Positions 1 through 12,100 of a stretch of DNA of 64,000 nt are shown piece by piece (within the stretch, counting starts at the first letter, position 1; every line of letters starts with the position of its first letter). The DNA is from Haliotis rufescens (Eukaryota). Where the stretch lies: positions 23,808,001 to 23,872,000 of the forward strand of contig NW_025963791.1 of NCBI RefSeq assembly GCF_023055435.1. The letters are read 5' to 3'. Both the position numbers and the translations under genes were made by a program. The notes beneath the pieces were generated by a model that saw only the letters and a list, made by a program, of their open reading frames with translations, was not told the origin of the DNA and ran no database searches.

Positions 1-171
1 GACGAACATGCTTAGTTAATGATAATAGAGATGAGCTGGTGGCGTCACTTCTGAAACGAAGGTATTGGGGCGAAAGGGTTAAGGGTATATATGTCAACAG
101 AATGGAGGTACGATGCACTGGGTAATCGTGGAACCTTGTTGTAGTGTGTGTTGAATTGTCTGTGGACTTAC

Positions 172-1368
172 AGTTTGCAAAATGTAGAGCAGGGAGGCGA
201 GAACACGCACAGGCATGCTGAAACGCAGCTCTAGATACTGAAAACACAATAATAATAATTCGTCAATTCCTCAACCAGCGTAAAGTTTTGCCGACGACGT
301 CAACAAATAACGAGTCCTTTTAACGATTTTATACGATTTTGATCATGGTATTCAATCATGGTATTTGATATAAATCTACAATTAACGTCAAAAATTAGGT
401 ATCACTGAAAACGTCTCAGCGACTATCAAAGTTTATAAGAAACGAAAAACCGCTTGTTAATACATGAGTCAAGTAAGATGATAGCGCAAAACAGGTTTCC
501 TGTCATGGCAAACAAATATTGCATTAGGTAATGTAACACGGGTATCTGACTATGTTAACTGAATTCGATTTTGTAAGGACGCCATGGTCTGCTACTTCAA
601 TCCATTGTGAGCTGTAATCAAATCTGGGCGCACGCTGTGATGGAACAGCTTAACGTTAGGACTTCTAATAATAGATAACGTGTTTCAACCAAATGTTTAC
701 ATAAACTAGTATGAATAATCAGGAGCATGTCTTTGTTGCACAGATATAAAAATGTATATGCAGGTTTGTTTATAAAGCATTCTTCAAGGTCTGATAGTTT
801 CTATTATAATATTTATCTGCCCCCAAATCAACGGGCACATAAAATACTGACACACAGGCCGCTTCTGTGTACCTTTCTCGTCGTCAGTTACGGGCATAAC
901 ATTGCGTATGCCTGATGGAGAAAACAAGATTCTCCTTTAGCTGACATAAAAAAACCCATAAATAGCCTATGCCTGTAATGGATTATTGGACAGTAAACTC
1001 ACCTGAAATACACTTGTCACATTCAGATTATAGAAGAATGGAATGAATACAACTGAAGCAATGACCATTGCAAAAACAAATGCAAGGCATAACCACCAAA
1101 ACATCGTCGTGTAGTTGTACATCTCAGCCGGCGTCCCCAGCAACGTTAATGCAGAGAGAAATGTCACCAGCAGCGACATCGCCACGGGGAGGACGTACAT
1201 ATCTTTACCGCCCAAAAGGTACTCCTTAGAATTGATTTTGTTTCTATCTTTGATGGCATAGAAAAGTCCGATCCCGGCCGATATTGCCAATGTGAGACTG
1301 AAAAGGACATAGTCGGGGATAGTAAAGGTCTTCTTCTGTCCAGTGTTGATGCTGTAGTCCTCAGACAT
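172..1368 (-). CDS. SLC5A8-like: Gene A: SLC5 sodium:solute symporter (SMCT/SMVT-like), 5' part only (exons 1-2); continues beyond the left edge
   Basis: Exon 1 1368-1003 (366 nt, [10 protein letters not shown]...EYLLGGKDM...[16 protein letters not shown]...SVFQ|gtgagt). Exon 2 237-172 (66 nt, ttttcag|[22 protein letters not shown]|gtaagt). Both match SLC5A8/12/6-type N-terminal motifs and the exon sizes of genes B and C. Confidence 0.93.
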
Positions 1369-1820
1369 GATGGAAGGTCAGTATCCTGAAGTGACACAAC
1401 ACTCACTGAGAAACAGTTTATGCTTCGTAGCGCGCTATCTCTGTCACCCTCGCGCACAGAAATACCTGCCTGTGTGAGCCCTTCCCCGTCACGGCGACTG
1501 CTTGTGTATAGGAAATATACTTGTGTGAGTGACAGTGTACACAGTCGAAGGCTGTCACCGTTCTCGTTGAGGTAAAGGTGTTTGATGTATTCAAACACAC
1601 GTTTTATTGGATGTGGTGGAGAGTATGGTTTCTTACTTCTGATTACATGACCATTTATAGAACGTCCATGAGGGTGCAATGTACAAAGCTGTAGGCAATT
1701 CCAACCATGGAGTTTTGTTAAGGACAGACACGAGATATCACCCAACGGTATCTAGGTTCCGATTCAAAAGTGCAAAATTGTCCTGTTCCGAATGACATTT
1801 ACAGATATGGAATCCACCCT
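1369..1820 (-). promoter_or_regulatory. Putative 5'UTR/promoter of gene A, homologous to the upstream region of gene C; candidate TATA at 1659-1653
   Basis: Aligns by eye with 22150-22592 (e.g. ctgtaaatg.cattcggaacagga, gttgggtgatatctc, tacagctttgt.cattg). TATAAAT lies on the minus strand about 290 nt upstream of the ATG. Confidence 0.5.
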
Positions 1821-4800
1821 CCTTTGAAACATCTCAAATGAGACATTCTTAATTCAACAAAGGTAACTAGCCATAGCTTGGAGTTAACACGCTTCAGGTA
1901 ACTTGTCACTCAAAACTTGCCATCAAAGGGAACACATCTCAGGTTCCATATCTATCAAAACCGGCGACCAAAGTGTGTAGTCAGGTGTCAACACGACAAC
2001 TATGAGAACGAGAACGTCAACAACGAGAACTATGCTTCAACCGTTCAAATTAAACATCTGATTAATATGATAATAAACTGCAGCGTGGTGAGATGGCAAA
2101 ACATGTATCAATGGCAAAATGCATCCAATAACACCCAATACACCAACACATAAAACTGACAACTTTGAGCTCATTCTTTTCTTTAAATACGATGAACCGT
2201 GACATTATAAAGTGGTTTATAGGTAGATTGAATACTAATCTATAGATGTAAACACATTTGAAGATACATATGTGTGTTTATGGAAGATTTTCACCGCCCG
2301 GACCCATTCGGACCCAACACAAGCCAAACACTTCTGATAGAAAGAATGTAGAGGGGAAAAGGGCTTCACTTTTGAGCACCGTGTTTGCTACTGCAATGAG
2401 GCACTAAAGTGTTATATAGGTAGATATAATACTAGTCTATAGACGTAAAGCTTTTAGAAGCGCTTTGACAGTTATTAACATATGTCAGCCCTATGACATT
2501 CGCGAATATCCACTTGCAGAAAACATCCTGTGTTGGTTTAACATGAATTAGTAAAGGTTAATTAGGGATGCCAATCACGTTAATTAATGAAAGAAGAGTA
2601 GTCAAAACACTGACATTTCGAATTCCTGCCCAGGACATTACACCCCTGCACGCTAAGGTCGGTGAGAAACCTTCTCATCAAAGAAAAGACAGTCAAGACA
2701 CTGACTTTTCGGTATGGAATCTCGGTATGTAGCTATAATTATCAGTTTATTACATTGCTGAAATACGCTACAGTCGGAAAGCGCACGTTAAATCTCCTAT
2801 ATCAGTCAGTCAGTCATTGCTGAAGATGCATTTTGATTCAAACTCAATTAAATGAGCAAAACTATACGTTTCTGGACAATTGAGATCTGCCTAGATATGC
2901 ACGTTTCGTTTTATTATTCTGCAATCCATTTTAGTATTACCCGCTGGCCCGGCCCGGCCCGACTTTTCTTGGCCCGACTTTAAGGCAATCCCCAACAATA
3001 TGGTGCCTGAATACAAACTGCACTCATCATTTTCTCACCTTTATGCACAGGCCAACAGGCGTTCATATATAGTCATTATGACATCACAGACACACACCCG
3101 CACACCTTAACGTCAGCTCACTCATCCACATATACTCAAAATGACTGAACACGAATGAATCTTTAAAAAGACACACATACAAAGTATCAAAACATTGATA
3201 TCTTGTTCAGATCCCGCCCCCTTCTTCCCCTCCTTCCCCTACCCTTTGGTAGAACAAAATTAAATATACCCAATAAAGGATGTGGGCTTCACACATTGTA
3301 TGGTTAAGACGCCGTGCAGAGTTGTGTCCCCTAGGTGTACCCGCCACGTTTGATCGTAGTTTGGGTATGTTTCAAAAGTATGCCAGCACAAAAGCTGTGA
3401 AGGTCGAAAGGTCCGCATCACTTTGGTCAGGAAATACATAAACATTAATTCTTTCAGAAAAGTGATCTCCAAACGAGAAATCTGTATATATGTTGATATA
3501 ACCAGCCAATATGCCTTTATTCTCCTTACAACTTGGTCATGTTGTGTCAAACGTGTTACCAATAATAAATGAAAAAACACCCAATGAAATGTCAATAACA
3601 TCAAAATATCATACATATAGACATACACCACCATAGCAATGAAAATGTTAACCAAATATGGAAAAGCACATACAAATGTATGTACAATTCAAATATCCAA
3701 CGCCATCCTGCATTCGTTCGGGACGAATTATGATGTACATGCATTCCGTTTTCACGCGTACCTCCATTATTTCCACAGAATGTCAGAGCAAATATGTTGA
3801 CCATTTGCAATATTTGTACAACGAAGGGGTACATGGAGCACAAACATGAATTATAACTTAATAACGATAATAACGACAGGTAAAACATTTTACCGATGTA
3901 TCCGTAACATTTTATATACCCAAGAACAAACTGGATAAGTCTAAAATATTAATTAAATGCAATATTAAAAAAATGTTCCTGATCCATGCTGTTTGTCGAA
4001 GTCAACATAATTGTGCGGTGGACAAAATGTCAGATTGGTATAAATTTCGTTCATGCACGGACAACTCATTTGAACACAATTTATGGTTCAAGAAAATATG
4101 GTTTGTGAATATTATGGGTCCGTTTTAGTTACTTTAGCCATGGGTAAATTAAAGTAACTACGTGGTAGCTCGTCAGGACGCTATACGATTGTATATGTTT
4201 TACCTTCTCCGGGGTATCGGGTAGACCCACTATTTGGTTCGTGAGGGTTTTCTGTAAGTGAACATCTCGAAATGTATGACTACATTGTACTCGTACCTAC
4301 CATGGGAAGCATCTATATAATTTTATTTATTCGCACATTATGCAATATTTAGGAAAACACGCATGTTTTTAAATAATCTCAGGGAGGACATTTTACATCA
4401 CAATACAAATGCAGGATGAACATATGGTTTCTTTTATATAGGGCATCTGATGCTGATGGGAGTCAATGTCAATGTTTGTAAGGTATCATCTCAAACCTTC
4501 GGTAATATTATGTTAAGCCGTTCCTTGAGAGAAACGTCAGATACATGTGAATGGTCAATAAGAAAAGGATAATAGCTTTTCTGCTGAAGTAAACTGTGAT
4601 ACAAAAACAATCATGTATATGACATCCATTTTTTCTGTGACAAGTTTGCTAGTTTGATAACGTGAACATACACGACGCTCTAGTGAACGAATTCACCAAA
4701 ATTTAAAATTAGCACATTCACCAGTAAAACAGACGTAGTTTTGGTTTTTACTGTAAAATGAAAATCATGTGAAATAAATGAAAAAAAAGAAGTGATATCA

Positions 4801-5165
4801 TGTTGTTGATATGAAACTATGTTTCTTGTCTTACAAATCTCGAATCAGTGAGATTGTAGCCTGTAAAACACCTGAATGAATGGCGTGGATGCGTGAATGA
4901 ATGGGATGAGAAAAAATAGTCCCGTTGTCCAATGAAAATGGATCTTTGTTCAACTGACCAATCAGCTTCGAGAATCACTAATTGCACACAAGTATCAAAA
5001 AGATTTTACACTGCATATTTGATCCCATATGGGTAATAAACAAAATAGTAAATAACTCATATTAGCCATCAACATACAAATACTTACTTTACTAAATACA
5101 AACCATGTAATACAAGTCAAGAAACTAAACGTATCGATACATCTACTTAATGGAGTCAATGGTAA

Positions 5166-5322
5166 TACAGTAAAGTATAACGAACTCAAAGGGACTACTA
5201 ATTTTAGTTCGTTATAACCGTACTTACAGCATAATTACAGCAAATAGTCTGGACCAAACAGTAAGTTCGTTATATCCGTAAGTTCGTTATAAGCGTGTTC
5301 GTTATAACCGTAGTTTACTGTA
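5166..5322. mobile_element. Tc1/mariner (pogo/Tigger-type) MITE
   Basis: TA|CAGTAAA...TTTACTG|TA termini with internal gttcgttata repeats; related to 46268-46446. Confidence 0.75.
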
Positions 5323-5432
5323 ATTTAAAGCGAGAGTTTGGGAATCAGCTCGCTTGGCGGTGGTACCACTGTACTTCCAGTGTACACAAAAACACACACA
5401 ACAACACATGACCTGGGTGAATAAACAATCAG

Positions 5433-5438
5433 TTTATT
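5433..5438 (-). terminator. Candidate polyadenylation signal for gene B
   Basis: AATAAA on the minus strand about 850 nt after the stop codon, followed by a GT-rich tract (catgtgttgtgtgtgttttt). No transcript evidence. Confidence 0.3.
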
Positions 5439-6284
5439 AGACAGCCACAGAATCATATATATAATCAGTCAAAAATAGCAATGTTTACAATCAGTTATAG
5501 AAGCGCATTTATGGGAAGAACAAGATCATTAAACAAGATCAATACTACAATAGTCACGATACATATTCCAAGGTACACAACGTAATACAATAGTTTACAA
5601 ATAATAGGATATAGTACATCCGACCCCTAAACTAATACCAGTACACTGCCCGAGTTGGCATTCACACAAGATACACACTAGTTCAGCCACTATACATATT
5701 CCCAAAGATAAACAACGTAACAATGTTGTCCGTATTTATCCTACAACAGAAATTTCTCATTTACTGATTAAACTCACGATAAAATTGTAATTGTGAACCT
5801 TAGTGGCGCTATCTCGACGGAATGTAAACAAATGACAGAAGCAATGATGATAAAGGTGTTTATGAGTGAAGTTTGGTAAGAAAAATAGCTTACCAGTTGC
5901 TAGTGTGCCACGAATGTATACGAAAAACGTGTGATTTATGGTAGATTATAAACAGCTGTAGAAACAGATACAGGTATTGACGCCTTACAATTATTTGCGA
6001 AACTCTTTTCTGACCAGCACGTCGAGAAAAACTGGTCCAGGAGTATGTCCGATGTGCGTTATCGATTTGACACTTGACAGGTTAATTATTTTTTAACATG
6101 GTCCGTCAGTTTGTAATATTCCATTAGTTCACAATTTCTCACTATACCCAATCCTTAATACATCTATGTCGCATATAACGTGTTAAAATATTTATCGATT
6201 TTTGTCCATTGTCCTCATGTTAATAGTAATATATCATTAGTCAATGACAATATGAAGTTCAATTAATTTTCACCTGCATTTTTA

Positions 6285-9158
6285 TCACAAGTTCGTGTCC
6301 GTTTCCAATTGTTTTGTAGGTTCCGTTTCTGTTTCAAAGCCGAGGTTTATAAAAGCAGTGGCCCTGGGAGGCGTGATGTCAGTATTCCCCTTCACCAGTA
6401 TGTGCCCCGAGGGTGGGGAGTTCTCGAGGGTGTGAGGGGTGCTGACTATGGACGTCTTGTGTGGGGGTTGATTCTGTAGGATAACACATAATAGTACATT
6501 ACTTTTATGGTAAGGTTATCGATACAATTAGTTTCAGTAATGCTCAGTCAGCATATTAGTTTTTGTTTTGCAAACTGACAAGTTTATGCCAGTGGTTCCA
6601 TTGTTTTCAATTGTCTGCGAAGTGGCAACGTTTCGTCATAGCTACGCATTGTCGCAACTGAGGATAGATGACATCATTCATTGTTCGTGACTTCGTTTCA
6701 GCAAAAGATTGACTGAGCTGAAGTCTCCACTAGTGATCGGGAGACACACATTTTTCAAAACCAATTCAAATAAGTGTCGAAACTTACAACATTAATTTTA
6801 CTCGGACACAGATACTCCCTAATTCACCACAGCCCGTAGGTTATAGGGCATTTTGATTTTCTTTGTATTTCAAAACTTGAAGGATTACGCATTTGCTGAA
6901 TATGAATCAGAGTGAGAGTTATTAATAAAAAGGTTTTCCGAGTTTTGTTTTGAATTGAAGTTTGTTGAAAGAATCATAATGCTCGGTATCTGCATATACA
7001 TAAAAGGCAAATAGTACCACGAACCAGACAAGGCGACAAGGGCGCAAGTGACAATGCCACACTCTCGGTAGCGATAAAGAAATCACTATTCGAGTCTTTG
7101 GGCAATCTGCTTGCATACAAACCCGTAACGTTATGGTTGTGACAGTGAAGATTGACGTAGTTAGCGTTACATGAAAGATAAACTTTCGGAAACAATATTA
7201 AAACGTTATAATGAGTAAACGCATTTTTAAAAAAATCGTTTTTACAGTCACACAGGTGGATATCATTATGTTTGTTTACTGTTTAAAAATGTAGCAATAT
7301 TCCAGCTACATGACCGCGGCCTCAAAATAATCGAGTCACAGCCAGACAAACCAGTGACTGGTATTATGAACAATATGTCACGCCTTCAGGGTACGATGAC
7401 ACGCAATCGACCACGTCACTGCGCCTGGCCATCGTTGCATCTAACGACATCTTACTGGGGTCTCTCCAGTCCCGGAATCTCTACTGACAAGTCATAATGT
7501 AGTTATGCTAATTGGAAAATAAATAATTAGTTTAAATACAGACATTACCACAGCACAATAAACTTACACGTCTATGGTTGACTCCACATCTGAGAGGTCG
7601 GAGTATCATCTCTGGCATGCAGAAGAAGAGCCGGTCAAACAGAGGACAGACTAGACGAGGGTCCATGGTCCGAGGATCTCTGCGGCCTATAACATGTCAA
7701 TCAGTATCTTACACAGAAGAAGAGACGGTCAAACAGAGGACAGACTAGACGAGGGTCCATGGTCCCAGGATCTCTGCGGCCTATAACATGTCAATCAGTA
7801 TCTTACATAGAAGAAGAGCCGGTCAAACAGAGGACAGACTAGACGAGGGTCCATGGTCCGATGATCTCTGCGGCCTATAACATGTCAATCAGTATCTTAC
7901 ACAGAAGAAGAGACGGTCAAACAGAGGACAGACTAGACGAGGGTCCATGGTCCCAGGATCTCTGCGGCCTATAACATGTCAATCAGTATCTTACACAGAA
8001 GAAGAACCGGTCAAACAGAGGACAGACTAGACGAGGGTCCATGGTCCGAGGATCTCTGCGGCCTATAACATGTCAATCAGTATCTTACACAGAAGAAGAG
8101 CCGGTCAAACAGAGGACAGACTAGACGAGGGTCCATGGTCTGAGGATCTCTGCGGCCTATAACATGTCAATCAGTATCTTACAAATGTTAAACATTTCTT
8201 TATATATGATACACCATTACAATGTGATGGTTTTAACACTGTTCTCCAAATAATGCGTTTAGTATTCATATCATTACCATCATAGTATCATAATTTATTT
8301 TACGACGTATTCCGGCTGTACCATAGCGTGAGAAAACGGCAATACCAGACGTTGTACCCATTTGGGAATCATTTGAGTGAGTGAGTGATATTTTTAGCAA
8401 TATAATCACGGCGGGGGACACCAGAAATGAGCTTCGCACATTGTACTCCTGTGGGTAATCGAACCTCTGGTTTGGGTGTGATGAGTGAACACGTTAACCA
8501 CCGAGCTAATCCTAAATCATCATAATTGTTTTTACGCCGTATTTTAGCTGAATTGTGTCGGGGGAAGACAGAAATAGGCTTCACACATTGAACCCATTTA
8601 GGAACCATACCTGTGAGTAAGTGGGTCGGTGAGTGAGTGAATGAGGGTTCATCACTGAAGTGGGGCGGTCGGGTAGCCGAGTGGTTAAAGCGGTCGCTCG
8701 TCATGCCGAAGACCCGGGCTCGATTCCCGACATGGGTACAATGTGTGAAGCCTAGTTCTGGTGTCCCCCTACGTTAAATTGCTGGAATATTGCTAAAAGC
8801 GGCGTAAAACCATACTCACTCACTCACTCATCATTGAAGAACACAACTCACCCGTGATGAGGCTGACGATCATACCGACGATGATCACCACGGCCATTGC
8901 TGCCGGAGTATAGTACAGGTAGGACAATTTGTACATCGGGAGAAATGGGTCCCTGGAAATACATAATCGATATTGTTGGTGCTAGAGTTTGATGTACAGA
9001 TATTTGCGGATTTGTGTCTTGTGATAAAGGCTCAACAGAAGTATGATTGGGGATGGAAAAAAATCATTTGTTTTGAAATATCAGAAAAAATGAAAACGTC
9101 CCCATTAAATGTTCGCTGGATATGTTAGGTATCCTGCCAAAAATGAGGTGGTGGTGGT

Positions 9159-9191
<33 letters not shown>

Positions 9192-12100
9192 GTGTGTGCA
9201 ATGATGAAATTGTTCGGTTTCACCTTTGACAGAAAGTAATTTGCGTGTTTTGACCGTGTTTTGTCTCTAACAGAAGTAGTACCCCCTCCCCATCAGCCCC
9301 ATCCCTCAGAATGTTACACGGTGGGTCCCTTTGCTGCCAGAATCCGATGTTACTGTTTCCCTGACCCAATGTGCTTCTTAAATTGCCAGCATAGTTTTTT
9401 TCAAGGTTTCCTTAAATGAAGTGACAAGTGCAAGAATAGTGAAAGAAACAATGAAGACACTCATAGGCTGTTTGACCCCTTGACATCTCACCTGGATCCC
9501 ATTGGTTCAACGGAACTGGTAAAAGGTGTAACAGTACTTGGCGTTAACAACGTCATTGTCGTAGTGATGTTCCAGTTGCATCCCTCAGTTGACGTAGGAA
9601 GCGGTGTACTTGTACGCACAGCGTTGACAAAGGCACCAAAGCCAATCCAGCACATGAATGCTAAGGAGGTGAGGCAACCGACGACAGCTCCCTTAAATAA
9701 ACACATCCAGGTATGCTTTAATTACGATAACATGTGTTTGTTGTTAAACGTTGCACTGAGTCATATGATGACGATGGCTTATAATTATTCGAGTTTGGAC
9801 CATAAACACAGTGATTCATATAATGAGCGTCCCATTACAATATCCCATGTCGTAAGATGACATATCTTAACCAAGTCACTGAGTCTGACAACCCGATCTA
9901 CATGTACCTGGTCGCCTCCAACGACAAGCATAGGTTGCTGGATACCTACTCCAACACGGAACACCACCGGTATGTGTTCGGTGGACACACATGGATCTAT
10001 CCTATTATTATGCATACTGTTTTAGAAAGTTGCATTGTAATTTTGACATAACAAAAACGAACTAATTTGTTAGACTAGGCGTTAAATATGCACAATTCTT
10101 ATTTTTCCTGCCTTTTCTTTTTTAAATAACTATTATTATTATTATTATTATTAATAACCATCGCTTAACGAAGGCACCAATGCTATTCAAACACATGAAT
10201 GCTAACGAGATGGGGCATCCAGGTATGCTTTAAGTACGATAACACGTGTTTGTTGTTTGACTTTGCACAGTGTCATATTCCAGCTATATTATGGCTTATA
10301 AATATTCGAGTCTCGGTCAGACAATCCAGTGAGTGATATTATGAGCAGCCACGCCGATGACACGTCATAAACCGAGTCACCGAGCCTGACCACTCGATCC
10401 ATTAAGTCGTCGTTGACGACCAGCATGCATGTTCGTGCCGGGGGATCTACTCAAACCCGGACAAATTAGATAAGAAATACGATCAATCTTTCAAAAAATT
10501 AAGATCATTCATCAACTCGTTAATAAGCAAGCTGTTTTGCTAATATAGCATAAGGGGCGGTCGGGTAACCTAGTGGTTAAAGCGGTGGCTCGTCACGCCG
10601 AAGACCCGGGTTCGATCCCCGACATGGGTACAACGTGTGAAGCCCATTTGTGGTGTCCCGCGCCGTGATATTGCTGGAATCTTGCTAATAGCGGCGTAAA
10701 ACCAAACTCACTCATTCACTAATATAGCATAAACAGTAATAACGAGCTGTTAAAAATTGATATCCCTAGGCCTCTTCAAGTTTTATATTAATGCTATGTA
10801 GAAGAAAATACAAAAATAATTTCCTACCCGAGCGTTCGCCCATGGAAAGAACATTCCCAGCACAAACAGCCCGAACGTTGGGCCGTTCAGAATACTGTAC
10901 ACAGTGTACGATGCCTGAAAACAAGAGGCATTCTATGGTTAAAAAAAGAAGAAGTTTTATATAATGCTTATAAAAAATCCTTTTCCTGCCAAGTTAATTT
11001 TACAACTAAGTGGATAGAAATGAAATAGAACATACGTGTATAAAGCGTCAACGCCAGAGAATAACAAGTCTCGATTACACGCCGAAACAGATTCCATCCC
11101 GAAAATGACAAAATAGGGATGAAAATTACATGAATGGATCACACTAATGAAGACATCTACAGAGTTCGGCTTCATAAATACTGACATACATGACGCCTGT
11201 AACATAATGAGGTCCGGACCACACAAACCACTTGTAGTTGTATAGACAAGAGCTCATATCAGGGTTGGTCTGCGCTTTATGTAAACCGTCTAAAATGACC
11301 GTGCCGAGCAGTCATCGTCACCGCTCAATTTACAACGTGATTCATACTATCTATCTCCTATGTATATACTGAAATACGACGAAGGCATATTTACCTGCAG
11401 TACACTGCCAAGCTGAGACACCACGAAAGCAAGGGCAATTGCCAAACAACCGCAAATAATAACTGAAAATATAAATAAATTTCCTTTCTTCAATCGTATT
11501 ACACATATCATTGTGAAAAATTAATGTGTGTAATGTACATTTTATTTGTAATTTCTATGCCGCCGTTTTCATTTGTGAAATCTTGGAGATATCTACTTAC
11601 CAATAATCCTAGAGAGAATGGCCATGCCTTTATCTGGGAGGTTCTTACAACAGAATGGCTTGATGAGATCGTGAGGGATCACTGCCCCGAGTGCGTTCAG
11701 ACCGGAAGACAGGGAACTGAATTAAAGCAGAGACGATGAATTAGATTAAAGGTAAATAATTAAAATAATTGTTAACTCATGTAAAAGGGTGATACAAAAT
11801 TATCTGCGATGTTGGATGGGAGTCAGGTGTTTGGTTCGAACTCAAGAATACAATATATCAATCGAGTAAGTAAGTGTCCGTTGAAGGAATAAAACAGTTT
11901 CACATACTGTAAATCTTGAAATTAATGCGAGAATGAAAATAATCCTAAAAACGGATTTACAAACTTGGTCAATAATAATGTGAAATTTGCGAAAACACAA
12001 CACTAGACATGATTTACCATTTTAATTGTGTTTCATGTTATGCAAGGCGTTATTTTATATGCAAAAAATAAGATTACCGTGTGAATTGTTTTGTAAACTA

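Noticed and set aside
5345-5440. Possible LTR end plus primer-binding site (TGGTACCA on the minus strand)
   Set aside because: No second LTR, no clear tRNA complement and no gag/pol remnants.
7621-8184. CRISPR-like appearance of the regular arrays (also 24345-24890, 29770-30830, 55070-55650)
   Set aside because: Units are contiguous with no unique spacers, there are no cas genes, and the context is eukaryotic introns.
8662-8735. tRNA genes at the alpha, beta and gamma heads
   Set aside because: They continue into SINE bodies and tails with TSDs and lack proper acceptor stems.
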